Assembly: GCA_001785735.1 (NCBI GenBank)
Contig: MFUP01000005.1
Location: 1 to 55,200, forward strand
Reading direction: 5' to 3'
DNA from: Candidatus Nomurabacteria bacterium RIFCSPLOWO2_01_FULL_33_24
GTDB lineage: Bacteria > Patescibacteriota > Minisyncoccia > Phycocordibacterales > MFUP01
DNA length: 55,200 nt
The notes beneath the pieces are model-generated. The model worked only from the letters and a program-made list of their open reading frames with translations, did no database searches and had not been told where the DNA came from. Below, one piece after another: positions 1 through 9,801 of the stretch (position 1 is its first letter; every line of letters begins with the position of its first letter). The position numbers and the translations under genes are program-made.

Positions 1-31
1 AATTAAAAATAATCCTTAAGACATTTTTATC

Positions 32-62
32 TAGAGTGTTATAATTAATTTATAACACTCTA
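32..62. promoter_or_regulatory. Extended -10 promoter (TGtTATAAT 37-45) of the pilus operon, embedded in a perfect 13-bp inverted repeat
   Basis: TAGAGTGTTATAA (32-44), ttaat, TTATAACACTCTA (50-62); ATG at 69. Confidence 0.6.
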
Positions 63-68
63 TTAATT

Positions 69-1823
69 ATGTATATAAAAGAAGATCAACTTGAAAAATT
101 TATTTTAGAATCAGGACTAGTTTCTAAGAATGATGTTGATACTGCTCATAAAGAAGCCAAAAACAAAAAACAATCACTGGAAGCCATTTTACTTAACCAA
201 GGAAAAATTTCAGAAATTGATCTTAAGAGAGTAGAGGCTTATATTTTAGGGATACCTTTTATTTCTTTAGTTGGAGAAAAAATTGATCCAGATATTTTAT
301 CTTTAATCCCTGAACTAGTTGCCAAAAATCATAATATTATTGCTTTTAAAAAGACTTCCAACGGATTACAAGTAGCGATGCTTGATGTTGATGATTTAAG
401 GGTAATTGATTTTGTTAAAAAGAAAGTTGGCATAAAGATAATTCCTATGTTAACTGATGATAAATCAATTAAAGAAGGATTATTACAATATAAAAGAAGT
501 TTAGAAGCTGAGTTTGATGACATTATCAAAAAAGAAACTGGCTCAATCAAAACAATTGCTCTTAATCAAGACAATGAAACTTCTGAAACTGATTTAAAGA
601 AATTGGCCGAAGATCTGCCCATTATTAAAATTGTTGATACTCTAATTTCTCATGCCATTTTACAAGATGCTTCTGATATTCATATTGAACCGGGAGAAAA
701 AGAACTTGTTATTCGTTATCGAATTGATGGTATTTTGCGCGATGCGATGGTTTTACCTAAAAAAACATCTTCCGGAGTAACCGCTCGTGTTAAGGTTTTA
801 TCTAATTTAAAACTTGATGAAAAAAGATTACCACAAGATGGACGATTTAAAATTTTAACAGAAGATAACCAAAAAGTTTCTTTTAGAGTTTCAGTTATTC
901 CATCTTACTATGGCGAAAAAACTGTTATTAGAATATTAAAAGCAACTTCTTATGGATACACCTTAGAAGATAAGGGTTTCCACGGGGAAGGATTGGAACG
1001 AATTCATGATAGTCTCAAGCAAAGATCCGGAATGATTTTAGTAGCTGGACCAACCGGATCAGGAAAAACAACCACTCTCTATGTTGCTTTAGATATTTTA
1101 AACACACCAGATGTTAATATTTCTACCATAGAAGATCCAATTGAATATCAAATGCCCAGAATTACTCAAACCCAAATAAAGCCGGACATTGGTCTTTCTT
1201 TCGCTAATGGGTTAAGATCTCTCTTGCGACAGGATCCAGATATTATTATGGTTGGAGAGATTAGAGATAACGAAACCGCTTCTCTGGCCGTTAATGCTTC
1301 TCTCACCGGTCATTTAGTTCTCTCTACTATTCACACTAATTCAGCGGCCGGTGTTATTCCTCGCTTAATAGATATGGAAGTAGAACCATTTTTGATTGTT
1401 TCAACCCTAAAAACTATTATTGCTCAAAGATTAGTTAGAAAACTAGGTGAGAGCAGAGAAAAATATTTTCTTTCCCCATCGGAATTAAAAGTTTTATCAA
1501 AAATAGTTAAACTAGACAGAATGCTTGAATTACTTAAGGAGGGGAAAATAATTGGCCTCAATGATACTTGGGAAAAAGTTCCTTTTTATAAACCAAAAAA
1601 AAGCAAAGACTGTATCGATGGTTATGGTGGACGACTTGGTATTCATGAGGTTCTTAAAGTAACTTCCTCAATCAAAGAATTGATTATTAGAAGCGCTTCA
1701 ACAGATGAAATAGAGGAACAAGCAAAATCTGAAGGAATGATGACGATGGTTGAAGATGGAATATTTAAATCTGTTCAAGGGCAAACAACCATAGAAGAAG
1801 TTTTGAGAGTTGTTTCAGAATAG
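69..1823 (+). CDS. pilB: Type IV pilus assembly ATPase PilB/GspE
   Basis: ASDIHIEP, RLPQDGR, Walker A GPTGSGKTTT, TIEDPIE, LRQDPDIIMVGEIRD, TGHLVLSTIHTN. Confidence 0.95.
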   Translation: MYIKEDQLEKFILESGLVSKNDVDTAHKEAKNKKQSLEAILLNQGKISEIDLKRVEAYILGIPFISLVGEKIDPDILSLIPELVAKNHNIIAFKKTSNGLQVAMLDVDDLRVIDFVKKKVGIKIIPMLTDDKSIKEGLLQYKRSLEAEFDDIIKKETGSIKTIALNQDNETSETDLKKLAEDLPIIKIVDTLISHAILQDASDIHIEPGEKELVIRYRIDGILRDAMVLPKKTSSGVTARVKVLSNLKLDEKRLPQDGRFKILTEDNQKVSFRVSVIPSYYGEKTVIRILKATSYGYTLEDKGFHGEGLERIHDSLKQRSGMILVAGPTGSGKTTTLYVALDILNTPDVNISTIEDPIEYQMPRITQTQIKPDIGLSFANGLRSLLRQDPDIIMVGEIRDNETASLAVNASLTGHLVLSTIHTNSAAGVIPRLIDMEVEPFLIVSTLKTIIAQRLVRKLGESREKYFLSPSELKVLSKIVKLDRMLELLKEGKIIGLNDTWEKVPFYKPKKSKDCIDGYGGRLGIHEVLKVTSSIKELIIRSASTDEIEEQAKSEGMMTMVEDGIFKSVQGQTTIEEVLRVVSE

Positions 1824-1825
1824 TT

Positions 1826-3046
1826 ATGAAATTTTCTTATAAAGCTCAAGATAAAAAAGGTGAAATAATAGAAGGTTATTTAGAAGCCGATGATAAATTT
1901 TCTTTAGCTAACCAACTTCGAGGGGAAGGGCTAACTCCTATTTCAGTTGAAGAAACGAAGAAAAAATCAAAAATATTATTTTTGATAGATAAATTAGATA
2001 ATCTAATTGGGTCAGTTAGTGTTTATGAAAAAATTACTTTTACTAGGAATTTAGGAGGAATGATTCAAGCCGGTCTTTCTCTTCGCCGAAGTTTAGATGT
2101 CTTAGAAAAACAAACAAAAAATAAAAAATTTAAAATAATAATTAATTCTTTATGCAAAGACATAGATGAAGGTGATTCTCTAAGTGAAAGTTTATCCAAA
2201 TTTCCTAAAGTTTTTTCTGGCCTTTTTGTCTCTATGGTTAAAGCCGGGGAAGAATCAGGGAGTTTGGCAGAGTCTTTAAAAGAAATAAGATCTAACCTTG
2301 AAAAAGTTTACAAATTAAACAAAAGAATTAAAGGAGCGCTTATTTATCCAATAATTGTTGTTTCGGCTGTTGTTATCACTGGTATTCTTATGTTTATTTA
2401 TGTTGTCCCGACCTTAACCAAAGTATTCAAAGATCTCAATGTTGAGTTGCCTAAGACAACCAAATTAGTTATTACTCTAAGTGATTTTTTATCGGAAAAT
2501 ACTACTTTAGCTTTTTTGATCTTGATTGCTTTTATTATTTTTATAACTTTCCTCTTTAAAAGTAAAAAAACAAAGATTTTTATTGATTTTATAATATTAA
2601 GACTGCCAATGATTGGAGTTATTGCCAAAGAAGTTAATTCAGCCAGAACCGCTAGAACCCTCTCCTCTTTATTATCTTCAGGAGTTGATATGACCAAAGC
2701 GCTTTCTATTACTGGAAATGTTCTTCAAAATATTTACTACAAAAAAATATTAAAAAATGCTGAAGACTCCGTTAAACAAGGAATTCCCCTTTCAAAATCT
2801 TTTAAAGAATCCGGAAAATTATATCCAATTATGGTTGGGGAAATGGTAGAAGTAGGAGAGGAAACAGGAAATTTGGCAAAAATGTTTCTAGATATTGCTA
2901 TTTTTTATGAAGAAGAAGTTGATAATAAAACTCAAAATCTATCAACAATTATTGAACCGGTGATGATGATTATTATTGGAATAGCGGTTGGTTTTTTTGC
3001 TGTCTCAATGATTACTCCTCTTTATGGTGTTTTGGAATACATGTGA
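1826..3046 (+). CDS. pilC: Type IV pilus platform protein PilC/GspF
   Basis: Two T2SSF domains (AGEESGSL, VGEETGNL), ALIYP, IIEP; follows pilB. Confidence 0.95.
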   Translation: MKFSYKAQDKKGEIIEGYLEADDKFSLANQLRGEGLTPISVEETKKKSKILFLIDKLDNLIGSVSVYEKITFTRNLGGMIQAGLSLRRSLDVLEKQTKNKKFKIIINSLCKDIDEGDSLSESLSKFPKVFSGLFVSMVKAGEESGSLAESLKEIRSNLEKVYKLNKRIKGALIYPIIVVSAVVITGILMFIYVVPTLTKVFKDLNVELPKTTKLVITLSDFLSENTTLAFLILIAFIIFITFLFKSKKTKIFIDFIILRLPMIGVIAKEVNSARTARTLSSLLSSGVDMTKALSITGNVLQNIYYKKILKNAEDSVKQGIPLSKSFKESGKLYPIMVGEMVEVGEETGNLAKMFLDIAIFYEEEVDNKTQNLSTIIEPVMMIIIGIAVGFFAVSMITPLYGVLEYM

Positions 3047-3582
3047 TGATTAAAAATTTTAAAATTCAAAAAGAATTTATCCCCGCACCAAAATATATTA
3101 AACAAAATTTTGGCATAAGTTCGCCAAGCGAGCGGGGATTTACCCTAATAGAAATATTCATTGTTCTAGCAATTTTAGTCATCTTAGCGATTATTACTTT
3201 ACCATCTTTCTCTTCTTTTAAAAATGAACAAATAATAAAAAGCGAAACAGAAACAATCATTTCTTTTATTGATCAAGCTAGGTCTAAAACCCTTTCTTCC
3301 CAGGGATTATCACAATATGGTGTTCATTTTGAGAGCGCTAAAATAGTTTTTTTCAACGGAGATACCTTTTTGGAGTCATCATCACTAAACGAAGAATTTA
3401 TTATTAATCCAATTATTACAATTTCTGATATCAATTTAAATAATAATGGCCATGATGTTATTTTTGAAAGGTTAACTGGTTCAACCGATCAATATGGTGT
3501 GATTAACATTCAAGTAATTTCAGACCCAACCATAGAAAAAACAATTACTATCACCCAAACAGGAATTATCAGCAGTAATTAG
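3046..3582 (+). CDS. Type IV prepilin-like protein (FimT/GspH-like); alternative GTG start at 3043
   Basis: Class III signal RG|FTLIE followed by a hydrophobic helix. Confidence 0.88.
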   Translation: MIKNFKIQKEFIPAPKYIKQNFGISSPSERGFTLIEIFIVLAILVILAIITLPSFSSFKNEQIIKSETETIISFIDQARSKTLSSQGLSQYGVHFESAKIVFFNGDTFLESSSLNEEFIINPIITISDINLNNNGHDVIFERLTGSTDQYGVINIQVISDPTIEKTITITQTGIISSN

Positions 3583-3599
3583 GATATATATCAAGTATT

Positions 3600-4097
3600 A
3601 TGAATAAAAAACTACCAACTACTAACTACTCACTACTAACTAATAAAGGAATTGTTATGGTAGAAATTATTGTTGTCATTACTGTTATCTCGATTTCTCT
3701 TTTAGCCCTAGTCTCAGTTTCTAAAAAAGCTGTTCAAGTAAGTAGAAATTCACTTAATAAGATTCAAGCTAGTTTTTTATTAGAAGAAGGAGTGGAGGTG
3801 ATAAAAATAATAAGAGATAATGATTGGGATAATATCTCTAATTTATCATTTAATTCTGATTATTATTTGAGTTTTTCTTCTGGCTCTTGGTCTTTATCCT
3901 CCTCTGCTAATTTAATTGATAATTTTACTAGAATAATCACTGTTGAAAATGTGAATCGTGACAGCAATGATGACATTGCCGTTTCTGGAACTATTGATCC
4001 TGGAACTAAATTAATTACTGTTTCTGTTTCTTGGCCAGATGGTAATCAAACCATCAATGAATCACTTCAATTTTATTTATTAAACATCTTTGAATAA
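3600..4097 (+). CDS. Type IV minor prepilin (PilV-like)
   Basis: KG|IVMVE cleavage motif, hydrophobic helix, ITVSVSW motif. Confidence 0.85.
   Translation: MNKKLPTTNYSLLTNKGIVMVEIIVVITVISISLLALVSVSKKAVQVSRNSLNKIQASFLLEEGVEVIKIIRDNDWDNISNLSFNSDYYLSFSSGSWSLSSSANLIDNFTRIITVENVNRDSNDDIAVSGTIDPGTKLITVSVSWPDGNQTINESLQFYLLNIFE
3611..3645 (+). repeat. Five tandem 7-mers (ACTACTA consensus) in the prepilin leader
   Basis: ACTACCA ACTACTA ACTACTC ACTACTA ACTAATA. Confidence 0.85.
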
Positions 4098-4101
4098 TTT
4101 T

Positions 4102-4611
4102 ATGAAAACACAAACCAACAAAGGGTTTTCCATTATAGAAATAATTATTTATCTTACTATTTTTTCCATAATGACTGTCCTCATTATTAATTCGCTATTT
4201 TTAACTATCCGATCTTTTGCTGAAATAAGAATAAATAGAGAGTTGGCTGAATCAGGGTTTGTCTCAATGGAAAGAATTACTAGAGAAATAAGAGAAGCCC
4301 AGGGAGTTAATATGACAGATAGTATTTTAAGCACTAATCCCGGAATTTTAAAGCTTAATTCTTTAGACCAATTAGGGAATCCTAGAATTATTGAATTTTA
4401 TGTAGATAATTTGATTTTAAAATTAAAAGAAAATAATATTTTAGCTGGAAGTTTAATAGGAGAAAATGTGGAAATAACTAACCTTATTTTTGAATTAATT
4501 ACAACTAATCAAGGAGAGGCAATTAAAACAGAAATGTTCTTACGGAGTAAAAAAGAAAATAACCAAATCAAAAATTTTTATAACACAACTATTTTAAGAG
4601 GAGAATATTAA
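4102..4611 (+). CDS. Type IV minor prepilin (PilW-like)
   Basis: KG|FSIIE motif, MERITREIREA; ATG at 4102 preferred over TTG at 4090. Confidence 0.85.
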   Translation: MKTQTNKGFSIIEIIIYLTIFSIMTVLIINSLFLTIRSFAEIRINRELAESGFVSMERITREIREAQGVNMTDSILSTNPGILKLNSLDQLGNPRIIEFYVDNLILKLKENNILAGSLIGENVEITNLIFELITTNQGEAIKTEMFLRSKKENNQIKNFYNTTILRGEY

Positions 4612-4616
4612 TTTTT

Positions 4617-5885
4617 ATGAAATCACAATCTATAAACTATAAATCCGGACAAACGATGATGATAGTAGTTATCTTCTTTCTTTTTATTTCTCTCGCCATA
4701 GTTTTATCTTTAATCTCTCCTACCATCAGAGAATTTAAAGTTTCCAAAGATTTATTGAGTTCAAAAGAAAGTTATTTTTTAGCTGAATCAGGAATTGAAG
4801 ATGCTATTTATAGATTTAATTCAGGTAAACAAATTTCTTCCAGTGAAAGTATCACTGTCGGACAAAATACAGTGATGACAAATATTGTTAGTTTTGGGTC
4901 AAACGAGAAGGAAATAGTTTCTTTGGGCAATGTCTTAAATCATCAACGAAAAATATCATTAACTTTAAAAGTAGGGACAGGGATATCTTTTAACTATGGG
5001 CTACAAGCTGGAAATGGCGGGTTTGTGATGAAAAATAATTCTGGCGTCTATGGGAATGTTTATTCCAACGGAAATGTTTTTGGTTCTAGTGGTGTTTTTA
5101 TTACCGGCTCTGTGATTGCTTCTAATTATTCCTCCGTTGATAAAATAGTAATCGGTTCGGCTGGGGTTGGCGATGCTTGGGCTAATATAATTACTAACTC
5201 AACCATTACTGGCAATTTGTATTGTCAAATAGGAAATAATAATAATAAAATTTGTAATACTTCCCAAGCTGATCCTAATCCTCAGCCCTTTCCAATTACT
5301 GATGATATTATCAATAATTGGAAAGCAGTCGCTGAAATTGGGGGAACAATTAGTGGCAATTATACTCCTTCAGGGTCGTCTTCTTCGCTTGGGCCTAAAA
5401 AAATTACCGGAAATCTAAATTTGCCCAACGGTCACAAATTAACTTTAAACGGGATTGTTTGGGTAGAAGGAAATATTAATATTTCTAATAATGCCGAAAT
5501 TCACCTAGCTTCTTCTTTTGGGTCTAATGGTGGAATACTTTTAGCTGATGGTTATATAGATTTAAGCAATAATATAGAATTTTTTGGATCAGGAACAAAT
5601 GGAAGTTATATTTTAGTAATTACTACCAGTGATTGCCCGACGAGTTCTTATTGTAATGACTATGATGCCATTACAATGGGAAATAATTCAGAGATAGTGG
5701 TTTTAAATGCTCAAAATGGAAAGATTAATCTTAATAATAACGCCGGAGCTAATTCTGTAACTGCCGATAAGATATTTCTTAATAGTAATGCGACGGTAAC
5801 TTACCAAACCGGTTTAGCTAATTCAAATTTTATTACTGGTCCTTCGGGAGCTTGGAAGATAGATACTTGGGAAGAAATAGAATAA
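4617..5885 (+). CDS. PilX-like minor pilin with a beta-helical C-terminal region
   Basis: SG|QTMM cleavage site lacking E5, YFLAESGIEDA (PilX N-terminus), Asn/Gly-rich repeats, terminal W..WEE. Confidence 0.8.
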   Translation: MKSQSINYKSGQTMMIVVIFFLFISLAIVLSLISPTIREFKVSKDLLSSKESYFLAESGIEDAIYRFNSGKQISSSESITVGQNTVMTNIVSFGSNEKEIVSLGNVLNHQRKISLTLKVGTGISFNYGLQAGNGGFVMKNNSGVYGNVYSNGNVFGSSGVFITGSVIASNYSSVDKIVIGSAGVGDAWANIITNSTITGNLYCQIGNNNNKICNTSQADPNPQPFPITDDIINNWKAVAEIGGTISGNYTPSGSSSSLGPKKITGNLNLPNGHKLTLNGIVWVEGNINISNNAEIHLASSFGSNGGILLADGYIDLSNNIEFFGSGTNGSYILVITTSDCPTSSYCNDYDAITMGNNSEIVVLNAQNGKINLNNNAGANSVTADKIFLNSNATVTYQTGLANSNFITGPSGAWKIDTWEEIE

Positions 5886-5902
5886 TTGTTAAAATAAATA
5901 TT

Positions 5903-6670
5903 ATGAAACAGAAAAAACTAATAATTGGAAACTGGAAAATGAACCCCACTTCTCTTAATGAGGCTAAAAAAATTTTTACAAATATAAGAAGAATAGCTTC
6001 CAAAACTTCAAAAGTTCAAACGATAATCTGTCCTCCTTTTGTTTACTTAAATGATCTTCAAAAGTTAGTAACAGGACCTAGATGTGTTTTGGGATCCCAA
6101 AATATTTTTTGGCAGTTTCAAGGAGCCTACACCGGAGAAATTTCTCCTGCCATGATTTCTGATTTAGATATTAAATATGTAATTCTTGGTCATTCAAAAA
6201 GAAGAGAACTCGGGGAAACTAACGAAGAAATTAATCAAAAAGTAAAATTATGTTTCAAATACAATCTAATTCCAATTGTTTGTGTTGGAGAAAACAAAAG
6301 GAGTGGTAGTATAAAATATTTTGATTTCATAAAAAAACAATTAATAGAATCACTTCAGGGAATTTCTAAAAATCAAATTAAGAAAATTGTGGTCACTTAT
6401 GAACCAATTTGGGCGATTGGGAAAGAGGCCGAGAGAGAGGCTACCCCAGAAGAAGCAACAGAAATGTCTATTTTTATCCGTAAAGTTTTAAGTGATATTT
6501 TTGATTTAAAATCAATAAGCCAACTCCAAGTTTTATATGGCGGATCGGTAGATTGTCAAAACGCTGAAGGATTTTTAAATCAACAAGGGATTAATGGTTT
6601 GTTGTTAGGAAGAGTAAGCTTAATTTCAGATAAATTTAATGAAGTTCTAAAAATCGCTCAAAATTTATGA
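5903..6670 (+). CDS. tpiA: Triosephosphate isomerase
   Basis: IIGNWKMN, GAYTGEIS, GHSxRR, YEPIWAIG, LYGGSV; ATG at 5903 preferred. Confidence 0.93.
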   Translation: MKQKKLIIGNWKMNPTSLNEAKKIFTNIRRIASKTSKVQTIICPPFVYLNDLQKLVTGPRCVLGSQNIFWQFQGAYTGEISPAMISDLDIKYVILGHSKRRELGETNEEINQKVKLCFKYNLIPIVCVGENKRSGSIKYFDFIKKQLIESLQGISKNQIKKIVVTYEPIWAIGKEAEREATPEEATEMSIFIRKVLSDIFDLKSISQLQVLYGGSVDCQNAEGFLNQQGINGLLLGRVSLISDKFNEVLKIAQNL

Positions 6671-7755
6671 ACCTTTTTTCTATGCAAAAAGTGGAACATT
6701 GGCAAGGAAAAAAAGTTCTGCTCCGAGTAGATTTTAATATTTCTTTAGGAGAAAATGGGGAAGTTGATGAAAACGAAGATTGGCGAATAAAAAAAATTCT
6801 TCCCACCATTACTTTTTTAAGAGATCGAGGGGCTAAAATAATCATTTTAAGTCATTTGGGAAGAGAAAAAAAAACACTTAAACCAATTGCTAATTATTTA
6901 AATAAGTTTTTTAAAGTAAAATTCATCCCAAGTATTTTAGGAGAAGTAGTAAAAGAAGAAATAAATAAATTGAAAGATAGTGAAGTTTTGCTCTTAGAAA
7001 ATCTTAGACAAGATGAAAGGGAAGAAAAAAATGATCAGGGTTTTTCTAAAGAATTAGCAGAATTAGGCGATCTTTATGTTAATGATGCTTTTTCTGTTTG
7101 TCATCGTAAGCATGCTTCTATTGTTTCTCTCCCTGAATTTTTCCCCAGCTATCTTGGTTTGCAATTGGAAAAGGAAATAGAAAATCTTGAATTAATTATA
7201 AAAAAAACAGAACACCCATTTCTGTTTATTTTGGGTGGGGCTAAATTTGAAACTAAAATACCTTTAATAGAAAAATATTTAAAAATAGCTGATCAAGTTT
7301 TTATTGCTGGAGCTCTCATGAATAATTTTTTTAGAGAAAAAGGGATGAATATTAAAAAATCAATAATTTCAGAAGGAAATTTTAACATTAGAGGTATTAT
7401 TAATAATCGAAAATTAATTTTACCAGATGATTTAGTTTGGAAAAATGAAATGATTGTTGATGTTGGGGATAAATCACTACAGAAATTAGAAGAAGATATT
7501 AAAAAAGCAAAAATAATTTTATTTAATGGACCGATTGGTTATTATGACCAAGGTTCTGAAGAAGGGACAATTAAATTATTAAAAATGCTCACCAAAAGTA
7601 AGGCTAAAGTAATTATCGGAGGAGGAGACACTTTAGTTCTTGTTGAAAAACTTAAACTACAAGATAAGTTTTATTTTATATCTACTGGAGGAGGAGCCAT
7701 GCTAGAATTTCTTCTAAAAGGAACCTTGCCGGGGATAGAAGCTCTTAGAGGTTAG
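6667..7755 (+). CDS. pgk: Phosphoglycerate kinase
   Basis: LLRVDFN, SHLGR, LLENLR, YVNDAFSVCHR, GGAK, GGGDT, STGGGA. Confidence 0.95.
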   Translation: MNLFSMQKVEHWQGKKVLLRVDFNISLGENGEVDENEDWRIKKILPTITFLRDRGAKIIILSHLGREKKTLKPIANYLNKFFKVKFIPSILGEVVKEEINKLKDSEVLLLENLRQDEREEKNDQGFSKELAELGDLYVNDAFSVCHRKHASIVSLPEFFPSYLGLQLEKEIENLELIIKKTEHPFLFILGGAKFETKIPLIEKYLKIADQVFIAGALMNNFFREKGMNIKKSIISEGNFNIRGIINNRKLILPDDLVWKNEMIVDVGDKSLQKLEEDIKKAKIILFNGPIGYYDQGSEEGTIKLLKMLTKSKAKVIIGGGDTLVLVEKLKLQDKFYFISTGGGAMLEFLLKGTLPGIEALRG

Positions 7756-8107
7756 TTATTATTTTTTGAGCATTACTTTCAAAGTCCAGAGAATTAGACT
7801 GGGAATTATTAGGCCAAATCCAAATGTGAGCATGAGGAACTTCATCTCCATAAATTTGAGACCTTATCATTTCTGTTCCAAAAGCTTTTTGTTGAGCTAA
7901 AGCTATTTTTTTAACTACCTTAAAATATTCTCCAACATCGTCAATGTCCCAAACCCAACGATAATGTTTTTTGGGAATTACTTGAACATGGCCCGCTTCT
8001 CGTGGATTAATATCCAAAAAAGCCAAAAAATTTTTATCCTCATAAATTTTATAGGTTGGTATTTTACCCTTGACGATTTTACAAAATATGCAATTTTGAT
8101 CATTCAT
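7745..8107 (-). CDS. HIT-family protein
   Basis: CIFCKI, AFLDINP, GHVQVIPKKH, variant triad VPHAHIW. Confidence 0.9.
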   Translation of the reverse strand: MNDQNCIFCKIVKGKIPTYKIYEDKNFLAFLDINPREAGHVQVIPKKHYRWVWDIDDVGEYFKVVKKIALAQQKAFGTEMIRSQIYGDEVPHAHIWIWPNNSQSNSLDFESNAQKIITNL

Positions 8108-8134
8108 CTCAATAGTATATGCTAAAATCTATCT

Positions 8135-9799
8135 ATGAACAATTACCCAGAACTAACTCTTAAACTTTTGGCTAATCGTGGAATTACTACTAACGAAGAC
8201 ATTAAAAAGTTTTTGAGTCCGTCTTATGAAGAAGATCTTCATGATCCTTTTTTGATAAAGGGAATGGAAAAAGCGGTAGTAAGGATTTTTGAAGCCATTG
8301 AAGGAAATGAAAAAATTATTATTTATACTGATTATGATTGTGACGGTATCCCCGGAAGTGTGGTGTTTTATGATTTTTTTAAAAAAATAAATTATTATAA
8401 TTTTGATATTTATATTCCAGATCGCCACAAAGAAGGATATGGGCTTAATAAAGAAGCTATTAAAAAATTTAGTAATAAAAAAGTAAAATTAATAATTACA
8501 GTTGATCTTGGAATTAATAATGTTAATGAAGTAGCTCAAGCAGAAGCCCTGGGGATTGATGTCATTATTACTGATCACCATCTTCCCCCAAAAAATCTTC
8601 CTCGCGCTTATTCAATTATTAACTCTAAACAACTAGATGATAAATATCCATTCAAAGAACTTTGTGGGGCGGGAGTTGCTTTTAAAGTTATCCAAGGATT
8701 TATTCAAAAATATAAAGAATATTTTGATATTAATAATGGTTGGGAAAAATGGCTTCTTGATATGGTTGGAATAGCCACTCTTTCAGATAGAGTTGTTTTA
8801 AGGGGGGAAAATAGAGTTTTGGCATATTTTGGGTTAAAAGTATTACAAAAAAATAAAAGAATAGGGCTTCAGCAATTATTTAAAAAAGCTAATATAAATT
8901 CATATTTTGCTTCCGAAGATGATATAAGTTTTACTATTGCTCCCAGATTAAACGCTGCCTCTAGAATGGATCATCCCCAAAAAGCCCTTGAACTTCTAAT
9001 TGTTAATAATGAGATAGAGGGGAAAGTAGTTTCTGATTATTTAACAAATATTAATAACGAACGAAAAATAATAGTTGCTCAAATTATGAGAGAGATTAAT
9101 AAAAATATTCAACACAGAGAAAAAAATGAATTGATTGTTGTTGGAAATCCTAAATGGCGAATTGGGGTATTAGGATTGGTAGCTACTCGTTTAGTTGAAC
9201 AATATCAAAAACCAATTTTTGTTTGGGGAGTTGAGGGCGGAGAAATAATAAAAGGTTCTTGCCGATCGGACGGAAGTGTTAATTTAGTTGAATTAATGAG
9301 AAAAATACCCAAACAAATTTTAATTGATTATGGCGGACACGAAATGGCTGGTGGTTTTTCCGTTGTTCATGAAAAAATTCATTTTTTAGAAGACGAGCTT
9401 GTTAAAGCTTATAATGTAATAAAGAAAGCTGAAAATGAAATTATTAATAAAGATATATTTATTGACAAAGAGATGTCTTTAAAAGAAGTAATAATGGAAA
9501 ATTATTCCCAAATAGAAAGACTAGCTCCTTTTGGCGAAGGAAACCCAAAACCAATTTTTATGTTCAGAGATTTAAAAATTGAAGAAATTAGAATATTTGG
9601 AAAAAATAAAAATCATTTAGAATTATTATTAATGGATGATAATAAAGACAAAATCAAGGCAATAAGTTTCTTTTCTAATGCTGAAAGTTTTAAAATTCCG
9701 TTGGAAGATGGAAAAAAGATAAATTTAGTTGCCAATTTTGAATTATCTCGTTGGAATGGGAATGCCGATCTTCGTTTGCGAGTAGTTGATATAATATAA
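8135..9799 (+). CDS. recJ: Single-stranded DNA exonuclease RecJ
   Basis: DYDCDG, ITVDLG, ITDHH, PRLNAASR, KGSCRS, GGHEMAGG, LAPFGEGNPKP. Confidence 0.96.
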   Translation: MNNYPELTLKLLANRGITTNEDIKKFLSPSYEEDLHDPFLIKGMEKAVVRIFEAIEGNEKIIIYTDYDCDGIPGSVVFYDFFKKINYYNFDIYIPDRHKEGYGLNKEAIKKFSNKKVKLIITVDLGINNVNEVAQAEALGIDVIITDHHLPPKNLPRAYSIINSKQLDDKYPFKELCGAGVAFKVIQGFIQKYKEYFDINNGWEKWLLDMVGIATLSDRVVLRGENRVLAYFGLKVLQKNKRIGLQQLFKKANINSYFASEDDISFTIAPRLNAASRMDHPQKALELLIVNNEIEGKVVSDYLTNINNERKIIVAQIMREINKNIQHREKNELIVVGNPKWRIGVLGLVATRLVEQYQKPIFVWGVEGGEIIKGSCRSDGSVNLVELMRKIPKQILIDYGGHEMAGGFSVVHEKIHFLEDELVKAYNVIKKAENEIINKDIFIDKEMSLKEVIMENYSQIERLAPFGEGNPKPIFMFRDLKIEEIRIFGKNKNHLELLLMDDNKDKIKAISFFSNAESFKIPLEDGKKINLVANFELSRWNGNADLRLRVVDII

Positions 9800-9801
9800 A
9801 A

